Source: Minisyncoccota bacterium (GTDB taxonomy: Bacteria; Patescibacteriota; Minisyncoccia; Phycocordibacterales; UBA12088). Taken from it: 64,000 bases of DNA. Where the stretch lies: contig JAYRSE010000007.1 in the NCBI GenBank assembly GCA_041920275.1, positions 20,517-84,516 of the forward strand, in the 5' to 3' direction. Shown one piece after another: positions 9,705 through 19,178 of the stretch. The position numbers were made by a program, and so were the translations under genes. Numbering within the stretch: the first letter of the stretch is position 1; each line of letters opens with the position of its first letter. Under the pieces are notes generated by a model. It did no database searches. It was not told the DNA's origin and saw only the letters and a program-made list of their open reading frames with translations.

Positions 9705-10418
9705 ATGAACCGAGTAACTTGCGCCACCGACGAAACATACCACGTATTCAATCGCGGCGTAGACAAGAGAGAAATCTTTTTAACAGACGAAGAACGCATG
9801 TACTTCATCCATCTGCTCTATGTACTCAACGACGTCCATTCCACCTACAACATTCATCGCCATTTTATACAGCATGCAGAACACAACCTGATCAATGGAT
9901 ATGATTGGAGGTTGACTTCAATCATATCCAAACGAGAAACTTTGGTGGACATACTTGCGTTTGTACTCATGCCAAACCATTTTCATCTCATGTTGACCCA
10001 GCGAAGCGAGAATGGTATCTCAGCATTTATGCACCGGCTTGGCACAGGGTTTACCAACTATTTTAATCAGGCACACGAAAGAAGCGGTGCCCTGTTCCAA
10101 GGAACCTACAAACGGGTGCACGTATCCTCTCCAGAATTTTATAATTACCTACCACACTACATACACTTAAACCCCCTGTCAATCGTGGGCACAAAAGAAA
10201 AAACCGCACCGGAGAACATTCGAGCCCTCCTCTCGTACAGATGGAGCAGTTTCCCAGACTACATGGGCAAGAAAAACTTTCCTTCGGTCATCAACACATC
10301 CGCCATACTGAAGTTACCCGATAATACACACGGGTATCGAGAAAGCATACTCAAATACATTGAACCCTCTCCACTCAACTATGCGCCTGAAAAAACAGCG
10401 CTTATCGACTATGATTGA
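9705..10418 (+). CDS. IS200/IS605-like HuH tyrosine transposase (REP-associated tyrosine transposase, RAYT; COG1943-type)
   Basis: YHVFNRGVDKREIF N-motif. HuH motif LMPNHFHLML. Conserved C-terminal block FQGTYKRVHV. AT-rich compared with its flanks. Bracketed by inverted REP copies. Confidence 0.8.
   Translation: MNRVTCATDETYHVFNRGVDKREIFLTDEERMYFIHLLYVLNDVHSTYNIHRHFIQHAEHNLINGYDWRLTSIISKRETLVDILAFVLMPNHFHLMLTQRSENGISAFMHRLGTGFTNYFNQAHERSGALFQGTYKRVHVSSPEFYNYLPHYIHLNPLSIVGTKEKTAPENIRALLSYRWSSFPDYMGKKNFPSVINTSAILKLPDNTHGYRESILKYIEPSPLNYAPEKTALIDYD
9897..9929 (-). repeat. REP copy 2, inside the RAYT coding sequence and in frame, with an extended 33-nt palindrome GGAT...ATCC
   Basis: Reverse-complement 25-mer at 9901-9925 plus 4-bp flanking complementarity. 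Encodes GYDWRLTSIIS within the RAYT ORF. Confidence 0.75.
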
Positions 10419-11662
10419 ATGGGTGATGATTGGAGGTTGACTTCAATCATGCGAGAAGTGATAAGGTCGCGATAGACATAGGCGGAGGGGCGAATGGTGC
10501 GTACGAGCGTGTCGAAGTCGACCTCCACAAGCCCGAAGCGCTTGTCGAAGCCGTGTGCCCACTCGTAGTTGTCGAGAAGCGACCAGTACATGAAGCCGTG
10601 CACGTCGACACCATGTTCGATCGCCCGCTCGATACCCTGCACCGTTTTTCGTATGTAATCCGCACGAAAGCGGTCATGTGCATCCGCACAGCCGCACTCC
10701 TCCACGATGACCGGTTTTCCATACCGCTTCACCGCCATGAGCGCATCGTAGATCTTTTCGGGGCGCGCGTCCCACCCCATGTCGGTTTTTGGATGCACCT
10801 CATGGTCGTCGAAGTCGGTATAGAAGTAATAGTTCAAACCGAGCGTATCACACTCGCGCACCACCCGCTTCAAAAAGCGGTGGTTGTTGTTCCACATCAT
10901 GAAGCGCGCCTTGAGCTTGCCCCACCACCTGCGCCCGGTGAACACGTGCACCTGAAAGGTGATGCCGACGTCGACCGTTGGCGCCTCGGCCTTAATGGCA
11001 CGGTAGGCGCACACGTGTGCATGGGCGAGCGTGTTTGCGAGGGTGAAAAATTTGATGATGCCGAACCAATCGCGCACGGCGCCGCGCGAAAGTTCCGCAT
11101 CGCTCGGGATACGCGCGAGATCCGTAAGCGGAAACCGATGGAACGGTGGAAAGGTGCCACGCACCCAGCCGTTTATCACCGTACTGTACGGCTCGTTGAG
11201 CGTGGTGAAATACTGTGCGTGGGTACCGAGCTTGGACACCACGTGCCCACAGTACCGCGCGAACACCTCGGGAAAATCCTTTCGTTCGATGCCACCACGT
11301 TGCGAAAGCCAGAGCGGCAACGTCCAGTGCCAGAGCGTCACCACCGGCTCGAGGCCGCGCTCTCGAAGCGCACGGAGGACCTCGCGATAGTGCTCGATCG
11401 CGCTCTCGTTGAACACCCCTTCTTCCGGCTCGATACGTGCCCACTCGATAGAAAAGCGATGCGCGTTGTGCCCCAACGCTTGTGCGATATCGAAGTCTTC
11501 ACGAAAGCGCTCGAAGTGCCCGCACGCCCGCCCGCACACGGGCACCTTGCCTTCGCGTGCCGCCTGCGCCCAATCATTGTTTTCTATCCCACCCTCCACC
11601 TGGAAAGATGCCGTAGCTGCGCCCCAAAGGAATTTGTTTGAAACACCCACACCCTTGTTCAT
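10409..11662 (-). CDS. GH1 beta-glucosidase / 6-phospho-beta-glucosidase family
   Basis: FLWGAATASFQVEGG N-terminal signature. TLNEPY acid/base motif. VIVEECG nucleophile region. Start at MNKGVGVSNKF. The last about 13 aa (MIEVNLQSSPIQS) are REP-derived. Confidence 0.85.
   Translation of the reverse strand: MNKGVGVSNKFLWGAATASFQVEGGIENNDWAQAAREGKVPVCGRACGHFERFREDFDIAQALGHNAHRFSIEWARIEPEEGVFNESAIEHYREVLRALRERGLEPVVTLWHWTLPLWLSQRGGIERKDFPEVFARYCGHVVSKLGTHAQYFTTLNEPYSTVINGWVRGTFPPFHRFPLTDLARIPSDAELSRGAVRDWFGIIKFFTLANTLAHAHVCAYRAIKAEAPTVDVGITFQVHVFTGRRWWGKLKARFMMWNNNHRFLKRVVRECDTLGLNYYFYTDFDDHEVHPKTDMGWDARPEKIYDALMAVKRYGKPVIVEECGCADAHDRFRADYIRKTVQGIERAIEHGVDVHGFMYWSLLDNYEWAHGFDKRFGLVEVDFDTLVRTIRPSAYVYRDLITSRMIEVNLQSSPIQS
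10426..10450 (-). repeat. REP copy 3 (reverse complement), preceded by the half-repeat ATGATTGAA at 10411-10419
   Basis: Exact reverse-complement 25-mer. The RAYT stop codon TGA (10416-10418) lies in the half-repeat. Confidence 0.8.
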
Positions 11663-11792
11663 ACTGATAATAGTATCACAAAGGTGGATCGTCTGATCAG
11701 TACTAGTCGAATACAAAAAAGAGAGACGTCCTGTCTCTCTTTTCACTGTTTTAAACACACATCATCCGTGACGTGTGACTGCCACTCGGATG

Positions 11793-12125
11793 CTACTCGT
11801 CACAACCCGAGAGACAACTACCAAAATCGATCTCGATTGCGCCGCCGAAGCCAGCGCCGGCTTTGCCGAGACCTTCGTCCCAGGCTTCGCCCTCGATGTG
11901 ACCCCCCGCTGTTCCATGCCCGTTGGGCAGGTCAACATGAAGGTCGCCGACCCCGTAGACGTTCACGGCGGCGTACCCCCCATTCAGCGACTCGGCCATC
12001 GCGACCGATTTGACGCTGAGTTTCGTGAATTGCTTTCCACCACACTCGCCCTCACAGGCGAACGCAGTCCCTGCGAAAAACGCGAAGGCGATGGCGAACA
12101 GCATGATGCTGATAATTTTTTTCAT
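11793..12125 (-). CDS. small secreted Cys-containing protein, hypothetical
   Basis: Signal peptide MKKIISIMLFAIAFAFFAGTAFA. 110 aa. Confidence 0.45.
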   Translation of the reverse strand: MKKIISIMLFAIAFAFFAGTAFACEGECGGKQFTKLSVKSVAMAESLNGGYAAVNVYGVGDLHVDLPNGHGTAGGHIEGEAWDEGLGKAGAGFGGAIEIDFGSCLSGCDE

Positions 12126-12310
12126 CTCTATCTCCGTCTTTTTTGGAAGTACAAAAGGATTGTCGACACGACAAGCCCTTCACCACATGCGATACTAGCA
12201 TAGTATCAGTTGTGTGTCAAGCATGTGTAGCATGGCGCTATTTGCTTTTTTTTTGGAAATGTGCTATACTATTTAGCAGATTCATTACAAACCACGGAGG
12301 CGACACTACT

Positions 12311-12871
12311 ATGTATGTCCTACTCATCCTCGCGCTACTCACGGGAGGAGCAACAAACGCAGTTGGGGGAGAGCTGAAGCCCTTTCTCGAACACGCTCAC
12401 GGACGAGCACCTCACGAAGCGTGGCAAACGTTGCAGCATACACCATATGCGCAAGCGTTTACCGAAGGCCTCGCCCACCATCAAGGATGGACGAGAGCCC
12501 ACGCAAGTGAAGTGCTCGCAGCAAGAAGCTATTCTACGTGCTCGTATCAGGGATGGTTCTGGAGCGACGGGCTTCGTTTTGCGGACGGCACATGGAGTGT
12601 CGGCACCATCTACCGGCAAGCATACCCGGACGAGCGCTTCGCATGTATCAACGGCAACCCAATCTTCAGCGGCACATGCGGAAACGCTGTGCGCGCCAAG
12701 GGTGGTGACCCCCGCATGGTCTGCCGTGACACAGGTAAAGAACAAGGCTCTATTACCGTAGGCGGTGCAGGTGCGGGAGTGGGGTCTACTTTTGTCGGCG
12801 GTACCGCAACGACAACCACCTTTGACAGCAATTTGTTTGAATGCCAATTCACCACCGGGGGAAAGAAATGA
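12311..12871 (+). CDS. secreted hypothetical protein
   Basis: Signal-peptide-like start MYVLLILALLTGGATNA. ATGA overlap with the next gene. Confidence 0.45.
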   Translation: MYVLLILALLTGGATNAVGGELKPFLEHAHGRAPHEAWQTLQHTPYAQAFTEGLAHHQGWTRAHASEVLAARSYSTCSYQGWFWSDGLRFADGTWSVGTIYRQAYPDERFACINGNPIFSGTCGNAVRAKGGDPRMVCRDTGKEQGSITVGGAGAGVGSTFVGGTATTTTFDSNLFECQFTTGGKK

Positions 12872-13290
12872 AAATCGTACTAATCAGTAGCACAATCGCA
12901 CTTCTCGCACTTGTGGGTTGTGCGAACAAACCGACATCGGAATGCGTTGAAGTCGGCCCTCAAGGAAGTACTCGCCTAACACACTGCTACGTCGACAACG
13001 GCATCCGTGGACACGGCGGACCTGTTGTCATCGATCGCTATGCGTTCGTAAAGGACGGGGCTTCCACACAGGTGAAGCATATCGGTGGTGCTGCGAACGT
13101 CGGCACCGCACAAGGCGTGCTTCAAAATCTGGCGAGCTCTGTGCCTGTTGCGACAGCGAGCGTCATCGGGGATCACATGAAGGCGCAGGCCATGTCCGAG
13201 TCTTCCGGTGGAAATCCCGTTTTTGTCAACGTCGGCACCCGTGTCGACGTCGACCAAAATGGAGGATGCAAAGGAGACTGCGACCTCTAG
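12868..13290 (+). CDS. lipoprotein, hypothetical
   Basis: MKIVLISSTIALLALVGC lipobox. Translationally coupled to the upstream gene. Confidence 0.5.
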   Translation: MKIVLISSTIALLALVGCANKPTSECVEVGPQGSTRLTHCYVDNGIRGHGGPVVIDRYAFVKDGASTQVKHIGGAANVGTAQGVLQNLASSVPVATASVIGDHMKAQAMSESSGGNPVFVNVGTRVDVDQNGGCKGDCDL

Positions 13291-13310
13291 CTCTAGTCAT
13301 GCGTAACACG

Positions 13311-13346
13311 CCGCCGTACACCAAACAAGGTGCACGGCGGTTTTTT
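13311..13346 (+). terminator. rho-independent terminator for the 12311-13290 operon
   Basis: Stem CCGCCGTACACC / GGTGCACGGCGG (one mismatch), loop AAACAA, then TTTTTT. Confidence 0.6.
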
Positions 13347-13348
13347 AT

Positions 13349-14422
13349 TTATCGTGCAAGCGCACGAGTCAGCACATGGTCTACAAATTGGGGCAACGTA
13401 GCGCCAACGGATTCGACCGCCTTTGGCAAGAGTGACGTGTTGGTAAGCCCCGGAAGTGTGTTCACCTCGAGAAAGTATATGCCGTCGCGTCCCAGTATGA
13501 AATCGCTTCGCGAGTAGTCGCGCAAACCGAGTGCCCGGTGCACGTAGCGCGCAAGCGCGATGAGCGCACGAGTGGTTTCCGGCCGCACGGGCGCCGGGCA
13601 GAGCTCACGCGCATGGCCGGCGTACTTTTCCTCATAGTCGAACCAGGTATTCTTGGTGGGTACCACCTCGACCGGCGGAAACACGTAGTGCTCCTCCCCG
13701 CGAAAATCGTCGAGGACCGCGACCGTCACTTCTCTGCCCCTCACATACTGTTCCACCAATATCTGCTCCGCATGTTCGAACGCAAAGAGCACCGCATACA
13801 AGAACTCGTCGCGCGAACGCACCACGCTCATCCCGAGCGACGAGCCGCCGTTCATGGGCTTCACCACAAGCGGTGGAGAAAGCCGCTCGAAGACACGACT
13901 AAGCTCGTCCTCATCGGCGGGCGCACTGAGCACGACGTCGGCGGGAAAGAGCATTTGTACCCGCCCCTCACTCTGCACCGCCCCCATGTCGACTCCCCGA
14001 CGAAGCGAGGGGTCGTACACGTACACCGGTCGGTACCCCGCTCCCGTGTGCGACAGGTCTCCATCATACGACCTGCGAAAAAGCTCTCGTTTGGTAAGCT
14101 CCTTGTGGGTGGCCACACCCGAAGCGAGCGCGGACGAGCCGGTATACCGCACCCGATGCATGTCCATGTACCGTTGAAGCGCTCCGTCTTCACCATACTT
14201 ACCGTGGAGTGCGTTGAACACCACGTCCACCTGCCCCAATGCGCGAGCGGGCTCGATCGGCTTGCCGCGTATGTGCCACACGCCTTGCCGGTCGATAAAG
14301 AGATCAACCGGCTCATAGCGCTCCCGTGGGACCTGCTGCAGGACATTTCTTCCGGTCTTCAGAGAGACCTCGTACTCGGGCGAAGGGCCGCCGCGCATCA
14401 CTCCCACACGTGGCTTGAACAT
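13349..14422 (-). CDS. ddl: D-alanine--D-alanine ligase
   Basis: VDVVFNALHGKYGEDG ... LVVKPMNGGSSLGMSVV ... YFLEVNTLPGLT. Start at MFKPRVGVMRGG. Confidence 0.85.
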   Translation of the reverse strand: MFKPRVGVMRGGPSPEYEVSLKTGRNVLQQVPRERYEPVDLFIDRQGVWHIRGKPIEPARALGQVDVVFNALHGKYGEDGALQRYMDMHRVRYTGSSALASGVATHKELTKRELFRRSYDGDLSHTGAGYRPVYVYDPSLRRGVDMGAVQSEGRVQMLFPADVVLSAPADEDELSRVFERLSPPLVVKPMNGGSSLGMSVVRSRDEFLYAVLFAFEHAEQILVEQYVRGREVTVAVLDDFRGEEHYVFPPVEVVPTKNTWFDYEEKYAGHARELCPAPVRPETTRALIALARYVHRALGLRDYSRSDFILGRDGIYFLEVNTLPGLTNTSLLPKAVESVGATLPQFVDHVLTRALAR

Positions 14423-14518
14423 GACTACAGTATACCAGCTGTCACCGCCTCGATACCACTCCCCACAATGCACCGCGGTCGACATAGTGCGAGCGTTGCC
14501 AAAGGAGGTGCACCCCGC

Positions 14519-15835
14519 TCACGCCTCTCGCGCGCGTTTCCCCACGAGCGCACGTCGCCTCACTGCGCGGTGTTTGGCGATCGAAAAGCGGTGCGCTTCG
14601 GCGTTCGCAAGGAGCGCCTCGCGCGCATGGGTGGTGCGCCACGTGAGCGCGCCGATAAGCTCCTTGGGTCGGTGATGCTCGTCCTTGGTGACCGCGACCA
14701 CGGGTAATTCGATACCAATCTCGCGCATGACCGCGCGTGCGACATTGAGCTGTGCCTTACCACCATCGACCACGAGCACGCGCGGATACTCCCACTCCGG
14801 ATGGCCGAAACGCCGCATCAGCACCTCGCGCAACGCCGCAGTGTCGTTGCTCTGCGTCACGCTGCGGATTGTGAACGAGCGGTACTCGCTCGTGCGCGGC
14901 TCCCCGCCCACGACGACCGTCATGACCCCGACCATATCCCCGCCCTGCAAATGCGCCACGTCGTACGCTTCCACACGTACCTCGTCGCACTCGCGCTCCG
15001 CATCGTCCGCACCCCGACGAAGAAGCGATACGTCGTTTATGTGTCGCAATGCTTCGATCTGTCGTTTGATGCGCTGTGCCTCCTCGAACGCTTCTTTGCG
15101 CGCGCACGCATGCATATCGCGCTCCAGACTTCGCAGCAGATGTTGCTTCTTTCCTTCGAACAAAAGCCGCAGGTGCTTTACCGTGCGCGCATACTCATTT
15201 TCGGTCGTACCTTCGGGCGGATACACGCCGATCGACTCGTTGAAACGGAGCTTTCGATCCGCTCGCGCACGAAGAGAAAGCACGGGAAGCGTGGTATCGT
15301 AAAATGGAAATATTTTTCGAATGAGCTTGAGCGCTTCTTTGAGTTGTGCGGCGTGAACGAACGGGCCGAAGTATGGCGGTTCCGCATCCACATTCGACGT
15401 CGATGCATGCTCGCGCAGTTTCGCTTCGAGCTCCTTCCCTCGCACCACGAGCACTCGTGGAAACGGTTCGTGAACGGTCAACACCACATAGTTCCAACTC
15501 TTGTCGTCCTTGTCGCGCGTATTGTAGCGGGGCTTGAGCTCCTTGATACACTTCGCCTCCAGAATGAGCGCCTCGAGCACGCTATCGGTCGCACGGAAGT
15601 CCACCCGCTTCGCCTCCTCCACCATGTGCACCATGTGAAGACCGCGTGTCGTCGCAAGGTCTGCCGCAAAGTAACTGCGCACCCGATCGGTAAGCGACGT
15701 CGCCTTGCCTACATAGAGCACCTCGCGGCGAGCACCGATGAAAAAATACACGCCCGGAGTATCGGGCAAGGCGGAAACACTGGGGTGAGCGCGCAACATA
15801 CGCACTGATGATACCAACATATCCACCATGCGCAA
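14519..15835 (-). CDS. uvrC: excinuclease ABC subunit C, short form without the C-terminal (HhH)2 region
   Basis: GIY-YIG nuclease motif PGVYFFIGARREVLYVGKATSL. UVR-like helix EEAQRIKRQIEALRH. RNase-H-like endonuclease block VEAYDVAHLQGGDMVG. Only 438 aa. Confidence 0.7.
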   Translation of the reverse strand: MRMVDMLVSSVRMLRAHPSVSALPDTPGVYFFIGARREVLYVGKATSLTDRVRSYFAADLATTRGLHMVHMVEEAKRVDFRATDSVLEALILEAKCIKELKPRYNTRDKDDKSWNYVVLTVHEPFPRVLVVRGKELEAKLREHASTSNVDAEPPYFGPFVHAAQLKEALKLIRKIFPFYDTTLPVLSLRARADRKLRFNESIGVYPPEGTTENEYARTVKHLRLLFEGKKQHLLRSLERDMHACARKEAFEEAQRIKRQIEALRHINDVSLLRRGADDAERECDEVRVEAYDVAHLQGGDMVGVMTVVVGGEPRTSEYRSFTIRSVTQSNDTAALREVLMRRFGHPEWEYPRVLVVDGGKAQLNVARAVMREIGIELPVVAVTKDEHHRPKELIGALTWRTTHAREALLANAEAHRFSIAKHRAVRRRALVGKRAREA

Positions 15836-15889
15836 ATGGATCGCAGAAAAACGATCGTCGCCCGTACGGGCGACGAAGGCGCTTCTCCA

Positions 15890-16228
15890 TTACATTCTCC
15901 GAGTCATGCGACGCTTCGCGGCATCGATACGGAGGCCACGCTCTTTTGCGGCAATGAGGAACGCCTTATACATGCGACGGTACAGGAGACCGCGAACATT
16001 CTCTCGCTCGAAGAGCGAACGTATGAACGCGACATCCTCGGGGGTGTTGATCCATCTGAATTTCTTGTACGCGAACAGGTCCGCAAGCGGTCTCGGCCCG
16101 TACGCGAGCAAGGCGCTCAGGTGATGCATGGTGCGGTTCGAAATGCTCATCGAACGCTCCTTCGGCATAGCGCCGACGCGGCAAAGAAAGGGCGATGTTC
16201 TAGACTGCAAGTATACACCACACGCCAC
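15890..16228 (-). CDS. hypothetical protein between uvrA and uvrC
   Basis: ORF in the operon gap. No family recognised. Start uncertain (possibly MSISNRTMHH). Confidence 0.3.
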   Translation of the reverse strand: MACGVYLQSRTSPFLCRVGAMPKERSMSISNRTMHHLSALLAYGPRPLADLFAYKKFRWINTPEDVAFIRSLFERENVRGLLYRRMYKAFLIAAKERGLRIDAAKRRMTRRM

Positions 16229-16243
16229 GTCGATCCAAGCGCA

Positions 16244-18832
16244 CTATCCCAAGACCTTTTTCAGATACGCACCCGTGTACGAGCCCTTGCTTCGCGCCAC
16301 CTGCTCCGGGGTGCCCTTCGCCACGATCCTGCCTCCACCCGTACCGCCGTCGGGGCCGATATCGATGAGCCAGTCGCACGACTTGATCACCTCCATATTG
16401 TGCTCGATCAAGAGCACCGTATTACCGCGCTTCACGAGCTCTTGCAGGATATCGATCAACCGGCGTACATCGTCGTAGTGAAGACCGATCGTCGGCTCGT
16501 CGAGAAGGTATATGGTCTTTTGGGTGTACGGTCGGTAGAGCTCGCTCGAGATCTTCACCCGTTGCGCCTCACCTCCGGAAAGCGTGTTCGCACTTTGACC
16601 AAGCTCCAGGTACCCGAGCCCCACATCGGAAAGCGTTTTCAGTCTATCGTAGATCTGCGGAATGTCGACGAAAAAATCAAGCGCTTCATCGACCGACAGG
16701 TGTAGCACATCGTACACATTCTTCTTCTTGTACCGCACCTCGAGCGTGTCCTTGGTGAAGCGCTTGCCGTCGCACACATCACAGGTCACGTAGACGGTCG
16801 GCAGAAAGTGCATCTCGACCGCGATGGTGCCGTTGCCCTGGCACGCCTCGCACCGACCGCTCCCTCTGTTCTGGGCCACATTGAAAGAAAAGCGAGATGC
16901 TTTCCACCCCCGTGCGCGTGACTCCTCCAAAGCGGCGAAGAGCTCGCGAATGTACGACCATGCGCCGGTGTAGGTGGCGGGGTTGCTGCGCGGAGTACGG
17001 CCGATCGGCGACTGATCGATAAGAACGACCCGCGAAAGATACTCCGTCCCGGTCATACCACCGATATTGAAAAGTTCGTTCGAACGATGCTCCTTCTCCA
17101 ACCGTGCACGGAGGTTCTTATACAAGAGCTCGTACATGAACGTCGATTTTCCCGAACCGGAAACACCGGTCACACACACGAGGCGTCCGAGTGGCACGTC
17201 CGCATTGAGGTCACGGATATTGAACGCACTGCCGCCACGAATACGCACCCAGCCGCGGTCCTCATCTCGCCGCTTTTCCGGAACGGGTATCTCTTCCTCT
17301 TTGCGCAGGTACGCGAGCGTTCGCGAACCGCTCTCGTTCTTCTTTGCTGTGAGGAGCTCTTCGAGCCAGCCGGACACCACGACCTTACCACCATGCACTC
17401 CCGCGCCGGGCCCGATGTCCACGATATAGTCGGAAGCGAAAATCGTGTCCTCGTCGTGCTCGACCACGATAATGGTGTTGCCGAGGTCGCGAAGCGCGGT
17501 CAGGGTCTTGATGAGCCGATCGTTGTCGCGCTGGTGCAGGCCTATCGTCGGTTCGTCGAGCACATAAAGCGCCCCCACCAGTCCGCTCCCGAGCTGACTT
17601 GCAAGACGGATGCGCTGCGCTTCCCCACCCGAGAGCGTGTTCGCGCGACGATCGAGCGTCAGGTACTCGATGCCGACGTTTTGCATGAACGTGAGCCGCG
17701 CTTCGATCTCTTTAAGGACCACGCTCGCTATCTCGCGCTCCTTTTCGGAAAGCGAGAGGTCACGCATGAAGGTGTGCGCGTCATCGATCGAGAGCGCAGT
17801 GAGCTCCACGATGTTCTTGCCGGCACCCGCACCGCCACCCACAAGTACGTGGAGGGCCTCCGGACGCAATCGTGCGCCACTACATACGGCACATGTCTCC
17901 TCATGAAAAAAACCGGTGGTGCCGAGTCCGTTGCATGCTTCGCACGCACCATACGGAGAGTTGAAAGAAAAGAGGCGCGGTTCCACCTCCGGAAACGCAA
18001 CACCGCACGCCGCGCACACGAACTTCGAAGAAAGCGTCTGTGCGGTACCGTCGGGAGACTCGATCTCTATGAGACCGTCGGACTCGCGGAGTGCAAGCTC
18101 GATCGCTTCCGCAAGTCGCTCACGTGCATCCCGTTCTCCCGACCGCAGTGCGCTTGCGTGAATCTCATCCACGAGCGCGCTGATCGTGTGCCGCACATGC
18201 TTGGCAAGCACGATCTTCTCCCGAAGCGGGTACTCGACGCCATCGATCCGCACCCGCTCGTATCCCTTACCCAGCAGATCGTAGAGCAACTGGTAATACT
18301 CACCCTTACGTCCCACCACAATGGGCGACCAAAGTCGCACCTTGCCACTGTCGTAGGTTACTCCGAGCACCTCCTTGGTATGTTTCTGAGCACCGCCCTC
18401 GACCGCATCGAACACCACACGCTGCATCTCCTCGCGCGAGAGCTTACGTACCGGCTTGCCACACCCGACACAATATGCGACTCCGATGCGGGCATACAGT
18501 ATGCGGAGATAATCATAGATCTCCGTGATCGTAGCGACCGTCGAGCGCGGGTTGTTCGAGCGCGACTTCTGATCGATGGATATGGCAGGCGAAAGGCCGC
18601 GTATCTCATCGACGTCGGGCTTCTGCATTTGATTCAGGAATTGGCGCGCGTACGCAGAAAGCGACTCGACGTAGCGCCGCTGTCCTTCGGCGAAGATCGT
18701 GTCGAACGCGAGTGACGACTTGCCGGATCCGGAAAGACCGGTGAACACGATCATTTTATTTCGCGGCATCTCGACCGTGACATTCCGCAGATTGTGGGTG
18801 CGCGCACCTTTGACGATGATAATATCTTGCAT
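16244..18832 (-). CDS. uvrA: excinuclease ABC subunit A
   Basis: Start [18 protein letters not shown]. Two ABC modules ([30 protein letters not shown]). Zn-finger Cys pairs. LSGGEAQR signatures twice. Confidence 0.9.
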   Translation of the reverse strand: MQDIIIVKGARTHNLRNVTVEMPRNKMIVFTGLSGSGKSSLAFDTIFAEGQRRYVESLSAYARQFLNQMQKPDVDEIRGLSPAISIDQKSRSNNPRSTVATITEIYDYLRILYARIGVAYCVGCGKPVRKLSREEMQRVVFDAVEGGAQKHTKEVLGVTYDSGKVRLWSPIVVGRKGEYYQLLYDLLGKGYERVRIDGVEYPLREKIVLAKHVRHTISALVDEIHASALRSGERDARERLAEAIELALRESDGLIEIESPDGTAQTLSSKFVCAACGVAFPEVEPRLFSFNSPYGACEACNGLGTTGFFHEETCAVCSGARLRPEALHVLVGGGAGAGKNIVELTALSIDDAHTFMRDLSLSEKEREIASVVLKEIEARLTFMQNVGIEYLTLDRRANTLSGGEAQRIRLASQLGSGLVGALYVLDEPTIGLHQRDNDRLIKTLTALRDLGNTIIVVEHDEDTIFASDYIVDIGPGAGVHGGKVVVSGWLEELLTAKKNESGSRTLAYLRKEEEIPVPEKRRDEDRGWVRIRGGSAFNIRDLNADVPLGRLVCVTGVSGSGKSTFMYELLYKNLRARLEKEHRSNELFNIGGMTGTEYLSRVVLIDQSPIGRTPRSNPATYTGAWSYIRELFAALEESRARGWKASRFSFNVAQNRGSGRCEACQGNGTIAVEMHFLPTVYVTCDVCDGKRFTKDTLEVRYKKKNVYDVLHLSVDEALDFFVDIPQIYDRLKTLSDVGLGYLELGQSANTLSGGEAQRVKISSELYRPYTQKTIYLLDEPTIGLHYDDVRRLIDILQELVKRGNTVLLIEHNMEVIKSCDWLIDIGPDGGTGGGRIVAKGTPEQVARSKGSYTGAYLKKVLG

Positions 18833-19178
18833 GAGGTAATGTGCGGAACAGTAACGAGTGTCCGCAGCACGAGTGTACCACTCTCTTATCCACACTCCAA
18901 CCGTGTTACAACTCGGGTCTGTGCGGTACGCTTATCATGCAAGTCGTTCGTTTTAGAAACGACACGCTTTTCAAACATCCATATGATACACATGCGACAA
19001 CCATTCTACTCGATCGCTTCCGCTGCGACGTACCTGTTGTGCGCCATCGGTCTCGGCTTGCTTGCCGCCACACCCGATGCGGTTTTACTGTTCGGCACGA
19101 CCGCCCCATCCTCCGCTCTATGGGCTCTGTGCGGACTCATGTTCCTTATGGCGTACTTTTCGCTCGTACACCTGAAGT

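Larger units (their letters stand above)
9543..10450 (+). mobile_element. RAYT-REP unit (transposase gene flanked by inverted REP hairpins)
   Basis: Architecture typical of REP/BIME-associated RAYT loci and IS200/IS605 ends. Confidence 0.65.
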
